From contig MU004192.1 of assembly GCA_010093605.1 (NCBI GenBank), positions 1,248,882 to 1,312,881 of the forward strand: 64,000 bases of DNA. Reading direction: 5' to 3'. Shown here piece after piece: positions 48,848 to 61,074 of this stretch (its first letter is position 1; every line of letters starts with the position of its first letter). Both the position numbers and the translations under genes were made by a program. Source of the stretch: Lophium mytilinum (Eukaryota). The notes beneath the pieces are model-generated. The model did not search any database and was not told the origin of the DNA. It saw only the letters and a list, made by a program, of their open reading frames with translations.

Positions 48848-49887
48848 TTAGCCCTTTTGCCGCGTCGACCTTTTGCGTTCTTTCCTTCCTTCTCCCGGCT
48901 CAGTGTTCTCAGTGTGATGATTCCGGTAGTGTCGTAATAGATTATCGTGCCGCGAGAACCCCTTCCGCGAAGATGGGCAACCGGCATGGCGACAGTAGGA
49001 GAAGCTGCCGAGTCGTATCTGCCTTCCAGGCTCTGATGAGATACCGTGAGTATTTTCGTGACGAACGAGGTCTTTTCGGAGCCGGAACGCCCATTCGCAG
49101 GGCTTATGCGGGCACTTGTGCGGCTTTTCGTGGGTTTTGATATGCTGTCTGTGAGTAGGGGGATCAGCAAGTGGGCGTGTTCTTGTAAGAGGGAAGCTTA
49201 CTGGAAAGACTTATGTTGGGGAAAGATGGCTCCACATTTTGATTCTTTGCAATGGAACGGCCCAGTCTGGGTTGAGGGAACTATCGCTTGATTGACCGTT
49301 GTAGTTACTGCTGCTGTGACATCCACTGTAGACTGTAGAGTGGCAGTGCCCGTAGGATGTGGAACTGGATATTTCGAGGCATGAAGGTCATAGTGGTGAA
49401 GATCTGAGGGCGTTTGAGAATCTACGTTGAACCCATTTGCCAGGTTGGGCTGAGACTCGGCGGTGTGACTCAGTGCCGTCTGGGTGAGTGTTAACCATGT
49501 AGCTTTGGGAAGGCACCTCGTAGCGCTCACGTGTGAAGACCCGTTAGGAGGCCACCAGAAGGAGTTCGCAGGCATAGTGGTGTGCGGCGTTGAACCTGCC
49601 ACTTGATGCAGCCCCGATAAGTCTGCTTCATCAAACACAGCATCGGTCACGGCATCAAATGGATTGAAAAGCGCCTGGTCTCCACTCGTAGTCCCAAACA
49701 CATAGTCGCTTTCAAACCCTGAGGAATGACTGGGGCTATAGAGTATACCAGAGCTTATCGATTCTTGTGAGCTGTTGAGCAGGGCATGGTTTAGGTCGTC
49801 AAATACGCCAGAGGGTGTATGAAAAGAGAGCTGGCCATCAATGGTGTCAGGCAGCGGAAGGGAAAATTGACTCAAAGAATAGTCCAT
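48848..49887 (-). CDS. C2H2 zinc-finger transcription factor (paralog 3), three fingers
   Basis: Intron 49201-49149 (GTAAGC...GCTGAT...CAG) joins CKESKCGAIFPQHKSFQ|QHIKTHEKPHKCPHKPCEWAFRLRKDLVRHENTH and CRHAGC...FSRHDNLLRHYRNHH. The second exon is not in the ORF track. Confidence 0.87.
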
Positions 49888-50598
49888 TGTACGCTGAAAG
49901 CTAGTCTCGTCACAAAAATGATCTAAAGAGGCTAGCAAAACAGGAGGTAGTACCTTCTTATGATCTTGTGGTTTGGTTTGTACTAGATAGAAGTGGATAT
50001 CATGCCTTTTAGACTGCTGAATTTAGAATATTCAGCCTTAGCGGAGGCCTAGGTCCTCAGGGCCTCTCGGAGTCCTTCTGCATAAGGAAGTGTGCGAGCA
50101 GTGAGGCTTACGCAAGAAGGTGAGTGCGCCCCGGGCTGTGCCAAAGCCTGACTTGCTTGCAGCCAAATGCTCAGCTGAGAGAAAGCAGACATTGCCCGAG
50201 GCCTTGACAAGGCTGCAATAATTCCACAAGATTGTGATGGTTCCGTAAGGCTTGAATGCTTCCACGAGGCTGTGATTTTCCCATGGGGCTGAACGTAAGG
50301 GAGCCCACGTGATTTTCTTCATCCACGGATATCCGACAGTCAGCTGGTTACATACTTGCCTTTCTAGACTCTAAGAGAAAGTGGAGGTCTGAGAGTGCAC
50401 TAGCCGCATTTCGTATGAACGGCGCCGCCCCTACTTGCCGCGAAAGCCGTATGGGAAGCGAGTGGAGGTTGGGCATTTGGGGCGGCCGTGTATCTCGAGA
50501 TGGTCGAGATTCAAACCTTGAGGAGCGGTACGACTGTGCCTGTTGAGCGATAAAAAGGAACGCCTACTACCAGTGTATATCTCTTTCTGGAGGTAAAC

Positions 50599-51030
50599 TC
50601 ATCTTGTTTGAATGCAGTTGTCGCACCCACGACGGCCGCAATTGAGGCAGACAGGACAATTTATGATGTGGTGTGGACCGTTCCCTACACTTGCAATAAC
50701 GTTTGGCAGGTTGCCAATCTTGTGAACTGGAAGTTGGTCAGACGGCTTTCGAGACTGCATCTCTATGCCCAGCGTAGCCTGCTGAATGGATGAGCATTCA
50801 ACGCAGTTTGAGCACCTCCGTCGCTGGTGTATTTCCCGGGCCTTTGCCACCACGATTTCGTTGTGCTTGCCCTTACGTGTTAACATTGAATAGTGGCGTT
50901 GGCACGGCGAAGATGTGCTACGACGTTGTGGTAATGGCCGTACTATCACTTACCTTGACATTGCGTCCTGTGAGCGAGGTGTCTATAGCGACCGCAACTT
51001 CTCTGATGGTGACATGCGCATGTTCTGCGT
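50599..51030 (-). CDS. Possible small Cys-rich protein or gene remnant; start not resolved
   Basis: Intron 50953-50872 (GTAAGT...AG) joins GRNVK|GKHNEI, ending GNGPHHIINCPVCLNCGRRGCDNC. No clean in-frame 5' exon was found. Confidence 0.3.
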
Positions 51031-52765
51031 GTCAGCAAGCGTTCTTCGCCTACGGTGAACGTAGACAGTGATATAGGGAGAGGAAATCGACTAACAAATA
51101 GTGTCTATTCAAAGCCGTCATGACCATAGATGAGGCGAATCGAGGGCAGGATGCCATGCCCGCCATCGCAACATCAAGACCACATGGTTCGAGGCCGACA
51201 TAGAGTAAGAGTAAACAGTGCCTTTGTGAGAGCTTGCGCAGTAGATGTATTTCGGAGGCTCAGTGTTTGATGTGTTTGAGTTTCAAGAGTGAGGATACGG
51301 TCTCCCGTGAGGGGAACGTCAATGGTTATAACCATATAGGCGTTATCCGCGATAGCAGGGTTCAGCTATGACCTAGGAGCCTCAGATTCAGGCAGGCTTC
51401 AGAGACGGTGGCTGGCTGAGGCCAAAGCCCTCCGGGCTACGCCCTCGGCCCTCCACGCTGCGCCCTCAGTCTTTGCGATGTGAGCCTTAGGATGCCGAAC
51501 AAGCGTAGAGCGCCAATCAAACCTTCTCCTCAACCTGACATCGCTAGCAGTACCGGCATCAATGCTGTCCTGAGCGGCCTCCGGGCGGCCACAAGGCACC
51601 TCTGGGAGGCCCGTTGCCTCCCCGCAGACCCACGGTAATCAGGCTGAAGATAATGAAGCATCCAATAACGAGCACTGCCAAGAAAGCCCCTCCGTGAGGC
51701 CTTCATCGAGAACCACTCGATAGCGAGACGTGATGACGACAAGAGGACTGTGTGCATGAGGAAGAGGCCTCCTGGAGGAACAGGGTGGTGTTAAGAGGTT
51801 GACTCGGCTAGGGCTGTACTTCGTACGCAAGGCTAACAACCGCCATGCCTAATACGTATGCTAGTGCAGGTTGGGCGGAATTCACGGTACTCAGGCATAT
51901 GAGCGTGGATTATTGGCCAGTTGCTAACCCAGATTTCTAGACTCTTGGTTCGATATTCTAGTCCTCCTGACATTGTCAAACGGTCTGCAGAGTAGCATAG
52001 TCAACGTCCTAATATGGAAGCAGCTAGACCTATTTCGTAAGACCCGATTCACAGCGTCCATATGATTACATCGTACCCCTGATTTCTTGTGTAGTCCAGG
52101 AGCCCCTTCAAGAACTCAATGGGCTTACATTGCTACACCACCGAGAAGCTGATATCAATGCTGTTGAGTATTTCTCCAGACGTTCAATTCACAGGGAGGA
52201 AACCCTTACATTGTCTTGAAATTTTCTTATAATGGGCAGGAGGGCACCAAAGGTTTGACCAGAAGCACAAAGCTGCAATACCAGTGCACTGATGTTAAAG
52301 CTGAAGAACGCATTTTTAATACTAAATTAATGACGTTTAGATCTTTACATTATATCTCGAACTTTCTTCATATCTAGGGGCATCACAGACAGCGTCATTC
52401 ACATGCAAATGGTCACTATTTCTCGAAGGCTAATGTGGGACCTCTAGAAAGGAACATTGTAGTATTTACAGACATCAAACACTTCGAAGGCCTTCAAATG
52501 CATATACAGATCTGCAAGACGCATGAGAACTCGATTCCATTCTGCTCGTGCATTTAGCACGGCCAAAAGAGCCCCCCAATCTAGCTAGTTGGTGGTTGTA
52601 TCCAACTCAGCACCGCAAATTGGCATACACTCAGCCAGAGTTTACCGCACGCAGAAGCTCCATCAAGCTACTCCAGACGGTACCACCCCAGCACCAAAAC
52701 TCCCTCAACACCACCCAATTCACGCCGCCTCGCGGAACATCACCCTACTGCACTCCAAATCTGGC

Positions 52766-53625
52766 CTATTCTCCACCGAACTTGAATGCCTCCAGAGGCG
52801 CCCAAGGGCCACCCCTCTCCTCCCCACGCTCTCGCTTCCTCCCCCTGATCTCCAGCTCCTCTTCCTCCTCCTCCTCGCAGCCCGGCAATCTCACCGCCGC
52901 CGCCACACTCGTCCAATCCACCCCTCCCACCTTCACTTCCCTCCCCAGCCTACGCAACAGCGAGCAAAGAACCGACACCAAGTGCCAGGTCCTCACACTG
53001 TCCTGATGCTGTATCATCTTCTCCAGCAGCACCATTCCCCTCACTCGGAAGCCCGCCCGGATATCCTGGGGGTTCTCCAGCATCTCCTTCAACGTAGCCC
53101 GACGTTGCTCGACCCACTGCCGATTCGGCTACACAAAAATGAACATGTCAGCAACCTCTCTCATCAATAGCTCAGAGGCAGAAGGAATTCTCAACCACTC
53201 ACCCCAAAAAACCCCCCACTCGCCCCCCAAACCGCCCACCCCCAGCTCTCAACATCCAACCCCGCCGACTCGCGGCTCCGTAGCAGCGGCCACAGCAGCG
53301 TACGCACGACGCGGTGGAGGTCCTCAAACGCGTCGAGCTCGCCGCAGCCGGAGCCCGACACGCCGCTCATCTTGCGGTACTCGATTGCCTGGTCGGCGGC
53401 CTTCAGCGAGACGGCCTCGATGTTCCTGAGGTCGCGGGCCGCGCGGGGGTGGCTGGGGACGCGGGAGAAGATGGGGAGGGCGAAAGCGTAGGGGCCGTGC
53501 AGCTCGATGTTGATATTGGCGGTGGTGAGGTAGCGTGCGAAGTCGGCTTCGAGGGCGGCGGCGTTGGGGAGGACGAGGTGCGAAGCTAGGTGGGGGGTGC
53601 AGGGGTCGTCTGCTGTGCGAGACAT
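52766..53625 (-). CDS. Hypothetical protein
   Basis: ATG at 53625. A phase-0 intron 53202-53129 (GTGAGT...GCTGAC...TAG) joins two ORFs in frame (GGFFG|PNRQW). Confidence 0.7.
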
Positions 53626-54202
53626 TGGGAGGATTCTGGGTTGGTGGGTTAGGGTTGAGGATCAGAGAGAGGAGTGTTGATCACGTGAAGGGTGGTGACG
53701 GATTGGGAGGAGGGGAAGAGAGTTGATGACGGCTGGACAGGTAGATGGAGGAGAAGACTTACGATGATGTTGGTCTGATTTGAAGCGGTTTCAGCGTGTG
53801 AATCGACGGATAATCTAAAGCGCACGGAGCGGACGCGTCTTGTGATGTAGAGCTTGCCAGAACGAAGGAGCTCAAATAGCGGTGGACAAGAAAAGCATCA
53901 CGAAGGTTATGAAGTTGATATCGACGCTGGTGGTGTGTGCAGGATGAGAGAGTGTGAATGAGGGCGTTTAAAAGGAAGAAGAGGAAGTCTGAAAGGTGGA
54001 GGTAGGAGACTCTGACAAGTGAAGTGGACCAGAACTGGTCTGTGCGACAGTGCCAAAATCGCAATGCAAGCGCGGTGAAAGTGAATGTTGCGGTGCAACA
54101 CCTTGCGGCGTTGTCACCCCGTCTTGAATTGCATGAGTCTATCCCATCCTTTTGAACGCCTATACATAGCTGTGTCACGCAAGCCCCTGTACAGACAAAG
54201 AA

Positions 54203-55591
54203 TTATATAGTCCCCGCCTCAGACGTGTACTCCACCACAACTTCTTTTGTAATCCCACCAGTGCTTAACATCATCCGCTCTGTACTGCTTGACCGGTCCC
54301 GCCTGCTGGCTCTCGAGGGTCCAGTGACGCTGGTGACGGTACCAACGTTGTCGGGGCGGAGGTCAGCGAGCCAGTGGCTCCCCCGATGGTGACCGAATCT
54401 GCTTTGGCGATTTGATCGTCCGCGGCCTCCGATTTGTTGTGCCGCACTTGGAGCAGAGGAGCTGAGCCCTACGCGCCAGAGCAGAGTTTGAAGAAGCGGT
54501 CTCAGTGTTGCCAAGCATCCAGCTGTGATGCCAATACCTGGTTCTACTGTAGACCAGATTGCCAGATCGGTAGTAGACCCTGCAGAGATATATCATAAGA
54601 AAGTGATCATGTGTATAGAGAGAGCTGGACGTAGACAAATTGGAAGAATCGACAGCGGCGAAGAGGAGTTGTAGGATCGCAATATCAAGGGGAGACGCTT
54701 ACAGAGGTAGTCCGCCGAATTATCCAGACCCGAAACGGAGGGGATGCGGACTATGGTTGCTATACCTCCACTACGGATCTGTCAGTTTTAAATTACCTTC
54801 ATTCTCTGACCGAAAAGCTTACATGGAAGCGAAGGCTAGAATCCCAGCAACATAGGCTTTTGCTTTCCGGTCCAACTGCAAATTCCACACGAGGAATATA
54901 GGGAGAATACCAAAAGTCCAATCGACGATCGCGGTGAGGGCGCTCGCGGCGTAAGTGGCCCCAGTAATGTATTTGGTGTCGACACATCGTGCTGACCCTG
55001 GAGAAACGGTCCAATAATCGGAGATTGGAGTGCATTGAAACATGACAAGGAAAAAGTAACCCGTTCCAAAGATACCGGTTCCAATCATGAGTAGACGTGT
55101 TATCCAGATATGAACTCTCTTAGTGGAGAAGCGCAGAAAGAAGATTCCCAGCGCGATTTTCAGTGTGCAGCTGCTTGAGATGTAAAATAGTTCGCATAAA
55201 TACCAGTACTGTAGCCGTGTCAATAGGAACTCGATGCTTAATCTTGGTAGGGAGACTAACTCGCAACGCCGTTCGCTTGTTGTGAGGCGAGAGGTCTTTG
55301 GCATGTCTACCCGTGCCATACTGGACACCTCCAATCTGGCAGATTAGGTACGCCGTGAAGAGAAGCTGTGGGTTTGTGAGCGTCTTTTCTAATTTGATGA
55401 GGATGCTTTTTGCTGGCTGATCCTCGAGGGATCCTAATTGCACTCACCAAGGTGGTCACCATAGTCCAGTCGTCAGCCCCGAAAGTTTTTAGCATACCGG
55501 CACGAACATAGACTCGTAGGCTAACGGTAATCCATGAAGTAACGAGAAAAAGAATGGCTACCGCAAGCACCTCATGGCTTCTGTCAGCCAT
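54203..55591 (-). CDS. PTH11-like integral membrane receptor (no CFEM domain)
   Basis: LRVYVR...FGADDW, YGTGRH, CTPISDYW, DWTFGILPIFLVWNLQL, IWSTVEPGIGITAGCLATLRPL. Four introns. Confidence 0.9.
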
Positions 55592-57786
55592 CCGGGCGGG
55601 GTTGGAAGCGAATGTGTTGAGGATTCAATAGGAAAAGTGACCAGCACAGCACCATCAGCGCTCACAGTAATGCCTCAGGCGATGCTTCGAATTCGTTGAA
55701 CCTCATGGACACACAGGACACGCAGAGTGGAAGTCGAAGGGTTGAAGGGGCAAGGAGAAAACCCATCTGACAACACACATGCACCCACGAAGCTGGGACC
55801 TGGCATGTGGGCTCTGGCCAACTACATATTCCGTCCTGTAGACGACATGCCTCGGGCCAATGCCGTGCATGAAGGACCATGGTACATGCTTGTGAATCTG
55901 CCGCCATGCGGGTTCAGACACGCTTAGCAGCTCCAAGACCCTAATTCCACGCTGGTCGCCCCCGGTCTTCGCCGCCCGCCCAATCTGCAGGCGTGGAGGC
56001 TCGCCGTACACGCGATCGGCCAGGGGCGGTGCTCCAGAATCTGCGGACGCGCCGGGTGAGATCTGGCGCCGTCGTTGCCTACTGGATGGCAACGCGGGCG
56101 CCGTTGCTGACAGCCCTAAAGTATGCGGGGGTTTAACCTAATCGCAGTAGGGAGCAGCGTTTCAAAAATTTCTGGAAACTCTCATGCAGCCACTCGTTGC
56201 GGATTTATTACCTCATATTACCTGATATTGCCGGAGGAGGCCTGATGCATCTGCGAGGCCTGGAGCCAGACCGGAAGCCTGCCTGTTGTGGACACCCTAG
56301 TAACCTCGTTTGCAGGTGCTGAACCTTTCGAGCTGCTAACCGCGGCATAGTGGCATATGAAAGGCGTGTATAAGGGGTCCAACAGGGAGCTGCCGGTTCG
56401 CTGTAGCCGAGTAGAGGATTAGTGAACAAGTACTTTGTGAACTAGCAAGGAGGTTGTGTGAATCTTCTCGCTTTGCTTCTCCTCCGTGCTGGAATCGTAT
56501 TTCGGAGCATAGCAGTCGTGGTGTTGAGTGCTCCTGGAAGGCCCGGCAGTTTTGCGGACACGAAGCTTGATGATCCTGCGCCCGGTCTTCCCCACAACGG
56601 ATCGTAGAACACCAAGACTTCGCGTTGTACAACCCACGTAGTAATTCATACTATGCCTCAGTATCACTCCTACTCCCTTCCTTGTCTTCGAAGGCAGGGC
56701 CTCCTCAGTGGTAGGACCTGACTTCCTCCTTGATTCCAAATCTGGCGCTACTACACTCCTCCACCGAACGCAATGACCAACCCTCGACCTCGAATCGCCT
56801 TTGACTCGCCAGAACTTTCTCAGCACTGACAATGCGACCCCGCCTCCAAACAATTTATACTGGACCGCTCCTATGACTTGTCTGACGCCATCGTCGCGAT
56901 GCCTCAGAGTTCACCTCCATCCGCTGCGTCGTTCCATCCTTCGTACCCCCTCCCGATCCACTCGCGGCGAGCCATATCCCTACATATTGGTGTAGACAAA
57001 TGGGGGTAGGCAGCTGCTCGCCGCGAAGAGACAGGCTGGGTGACAGGTATTCTGATGGCGGACAGGGCGTCTTGGACCTACAACATACACCCGAGGAGTG
57101 GTCGCGTTTGGGCAATGGAATCTGCGGTCATCTCGACTAGTGGTGATGAATACAGCCTTCTGCGACTCTGCGCAGGCACGATCCCAAGAGCTTTTGAAGT
57201 ATGAGACCTGGCCTATTCAGCCTTCTCCCCAGGTCCGAGACGCCGATATATTGTTCCTCAGCTTGGTACAGCTAGGAGCAGGCAGGGAATATGATTCTTA
57301 TGCATAAATTGTTCGTTTCTGATAGGACTGTTTGTTTGTATACCGTTGGGAAAACAGTTTGAATGCTGAGGGGGTGGAACAACAATTTGCGCTGTGTGTA
57401 TACCAGTTGACTGTTTTATTGATATTCCATGTATGTCCAGAGCCATCCCAAAATCCTTTTCAATCGCCATGATTGAATGTATGTGTGTGTACGGTGTCAG
57501 AACTCCAGAGGAAACATCAGATGTGTCTTCACCGCTTGGTCCCCTAGCCCAAACGCCGCTCAGCATCCAAATTGCGCTCATTGTGCCTCATCTAGTGTAG
57601 TATCGTGACTTCATGAGAAATATCATCTCTCGTTGTATCCTAACCGCTCGAATGCCGCTCGAATTCCACTGCTCCTAGCAAGTCCGTGTATGGTCGACCC
57701 AAAGTACCCATTGCTCTTCAAGCAGAAATGCCTATTCTGCACACCTCAATCGCCCTGCACTCTGACTCCAGGCCCAGAGCCACCAC

Positions 57787-58739
<953 letters not shown>

Positions 58740-61074
58740 TCAGCGTAGGGCTGAGGAGGATTTCGATGCTTGGCTACCGTCATCATCTGTCTGCATGGAT
58801 GGAAAGGTTTTGCCCCTGGATCCAAAATATCAATTTCATACCTTCCATTCACTCCTTCAATTCACTTGGAATTGCCACTACGAAGCTTCATCGTTACAAC
58901 TGTCTAATCCGCCATGACCAGAATCCATTCCGATGCCCCGACCCTAAGTGATTTCCACGGCTACACTCCAGGCATCTTTATTCGGTTCTCTGCCAATACG
59001 CTTTGGCTTCATGAATTCAATGTTGCAAAGCCTTGTCTAATGCCTTATGAAGGTAACAGGAGCGCTACTGAAATCCAGAAGTTCGGTGCTAGGACAATGA
59101 TGAGAAGACCAACAGACCAGGTAACTCTCAGGCATATCCAGAAACCCTTCGCGATGACAACTTTGCTTAATTGGTCCTCGTGTCTTTATCTTCCAAGATA
59201 ACCCAACGGAGACGGACTCGGTGGCCCAATGTCTGACGCTCCTGTCCGGGGCTGTCCGTCCCACAGTCTACACATGGTACTACGAGCAGAAATCATGTCT
59301 ACCAATTACATGTTTCCTGCAATCAACCTTATGATTATAAAGCTCGTCGCATGTTTCGCCTTCAAGTTCTAGCACACAACATTTATGGACGCGAGCTAGA
59401 GGGTAATCAGTTTCTCCCCTCAAATCCCAACAAGTAACGCTATGTCACCTTTCATCCCGAGTCGCATGATATAAGTATCTCAGTACTGTGGACCATCGAA
59501 GGTCCAACATTTTGAGAACGGCCTTAAAGCCTCGATGGAAGGTTTATTCTCCTGGAAGCCAGATTCCCGATGTTTCGGCCCTCCTCCGGATCTCATGCTG
59601 CTCTTAAACACTAGGAAATTCAAATTCATGCTCGAGGGAGTTTCGTACACGCGAGGACGGTCTAGCTTGGTCTCGAACACATTAGCACGAATCATGGTGA
59701 GAACAAGCTACTGCATAAGTAGGGTGTGCTCATCAAGTCGTGTCGCGTCACGAGCAAGAATACTTGGGGAAAATTGAAGGTAATGTCGCAGAACATTACG
59801 ATTGATCCGACACCGGATATAATCAGCAGATTGGAAAAACCCAATCAAAGTAAGAGCGAAGCAATAGATCCTTCTTGGTTGGAGATCTCAAGCCGTCGAA
59901 GCTGAAAGTGGCGCCACTTGCGAACTGGTGTGTTCGATCCGGCACATTGTAACTCGTTTTCTCTTTCATCTAAGCTGATGACACGTAATAGTTGCGAGAC
60001 TACAGGATTTTACTGACTCAAAACACGATCTCTGGACATTTCTGCGCGATTGCCGCCAGATTATTTGCGAAGCAGTATCTTTCTTTGAGAAAATTTGAAG
60101 CAGTGTCTTTCATTGAAATAAGAGGAGGACTTTGAGAGCGCCTTGGGCCCGAGAGAACGAAAACGCACTGTCCTACGCTGCACAACGATTCCTTACTTCA
60201 TGAGCTAGCCGCTACAGCTAGAGATGCGTATATCTATCCTTCCGTTGTAGCTAGCTTCCTCCCTCACTCATCAAACAATACAATACTTGACCATCACCGA
60301 GCCGCTGCTGAACGAACTCTATCACAGCGTTTACCGAGCCGGATTCCACCCAGCAGACTCAACGCAGCTCCCCAACACGAGTTACTGACTGTCTGCAGAT
60401 CTAATCGCCGTTTAGAAGGTGATACTGAAGAGAGAGCATGTGCGCTCGTCAGTCTACGAGACGGCCTGAGGCTCTTTGCGACTGCCAGCCACACTGCATA
60501 TTACGATGAGCTATCCCGTTCCCTTGCGACCGCGCCAGCGATGTCGCGTGCACCGTTACTCACTACCATGGCCAGGGTAGAATTACGATGCCGAACCTGC
60601 AGATGGCTGGCCATCCTGGGCCTCGTAGATCGTCATGGGGCACATATAAATTGCGGGACCGCTACCATGCAATCAGACATGCTGCTGATGGGTCACTGGG
60701 CGCGCTTCGCTGGGTCGTGGGTTATCTGCCAGGGCACTCTTGGGAGGGCAGAGAAAATTTGTTTAAAGAGAAGGGCGAGAAGCTGGGTGCACAGTGGGAA
60801 GCAAGGTGCAGCATCGCGGCCTTTCGCTGAGGACGGGCATAGAGTCGAGCACCAAATTCGCGCATTCACCTGCTGAACATCTCTTGGCAAGCTTGGGCCC
60901 TACGAAGGACTCAGAAGCTTTCAAGGCTTAAGCACAAGACGCACTGTGTCCGTCAACTTACAAAATACATCACCGCAGACATACAGCAAAAGTGGCCTTC
61001 AGCAAGTAAGTAAAGCCACCTGTACCTCAATTGGCTATCAAGCGAGGCTCACCATACCTATTTTAGCTGCCAGC

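Noticed and set aside
58914..59400. Possible spliced ORF divergent from MDP-1
   Set aside because: Weak splice signals, early stops and no recognisable homology.
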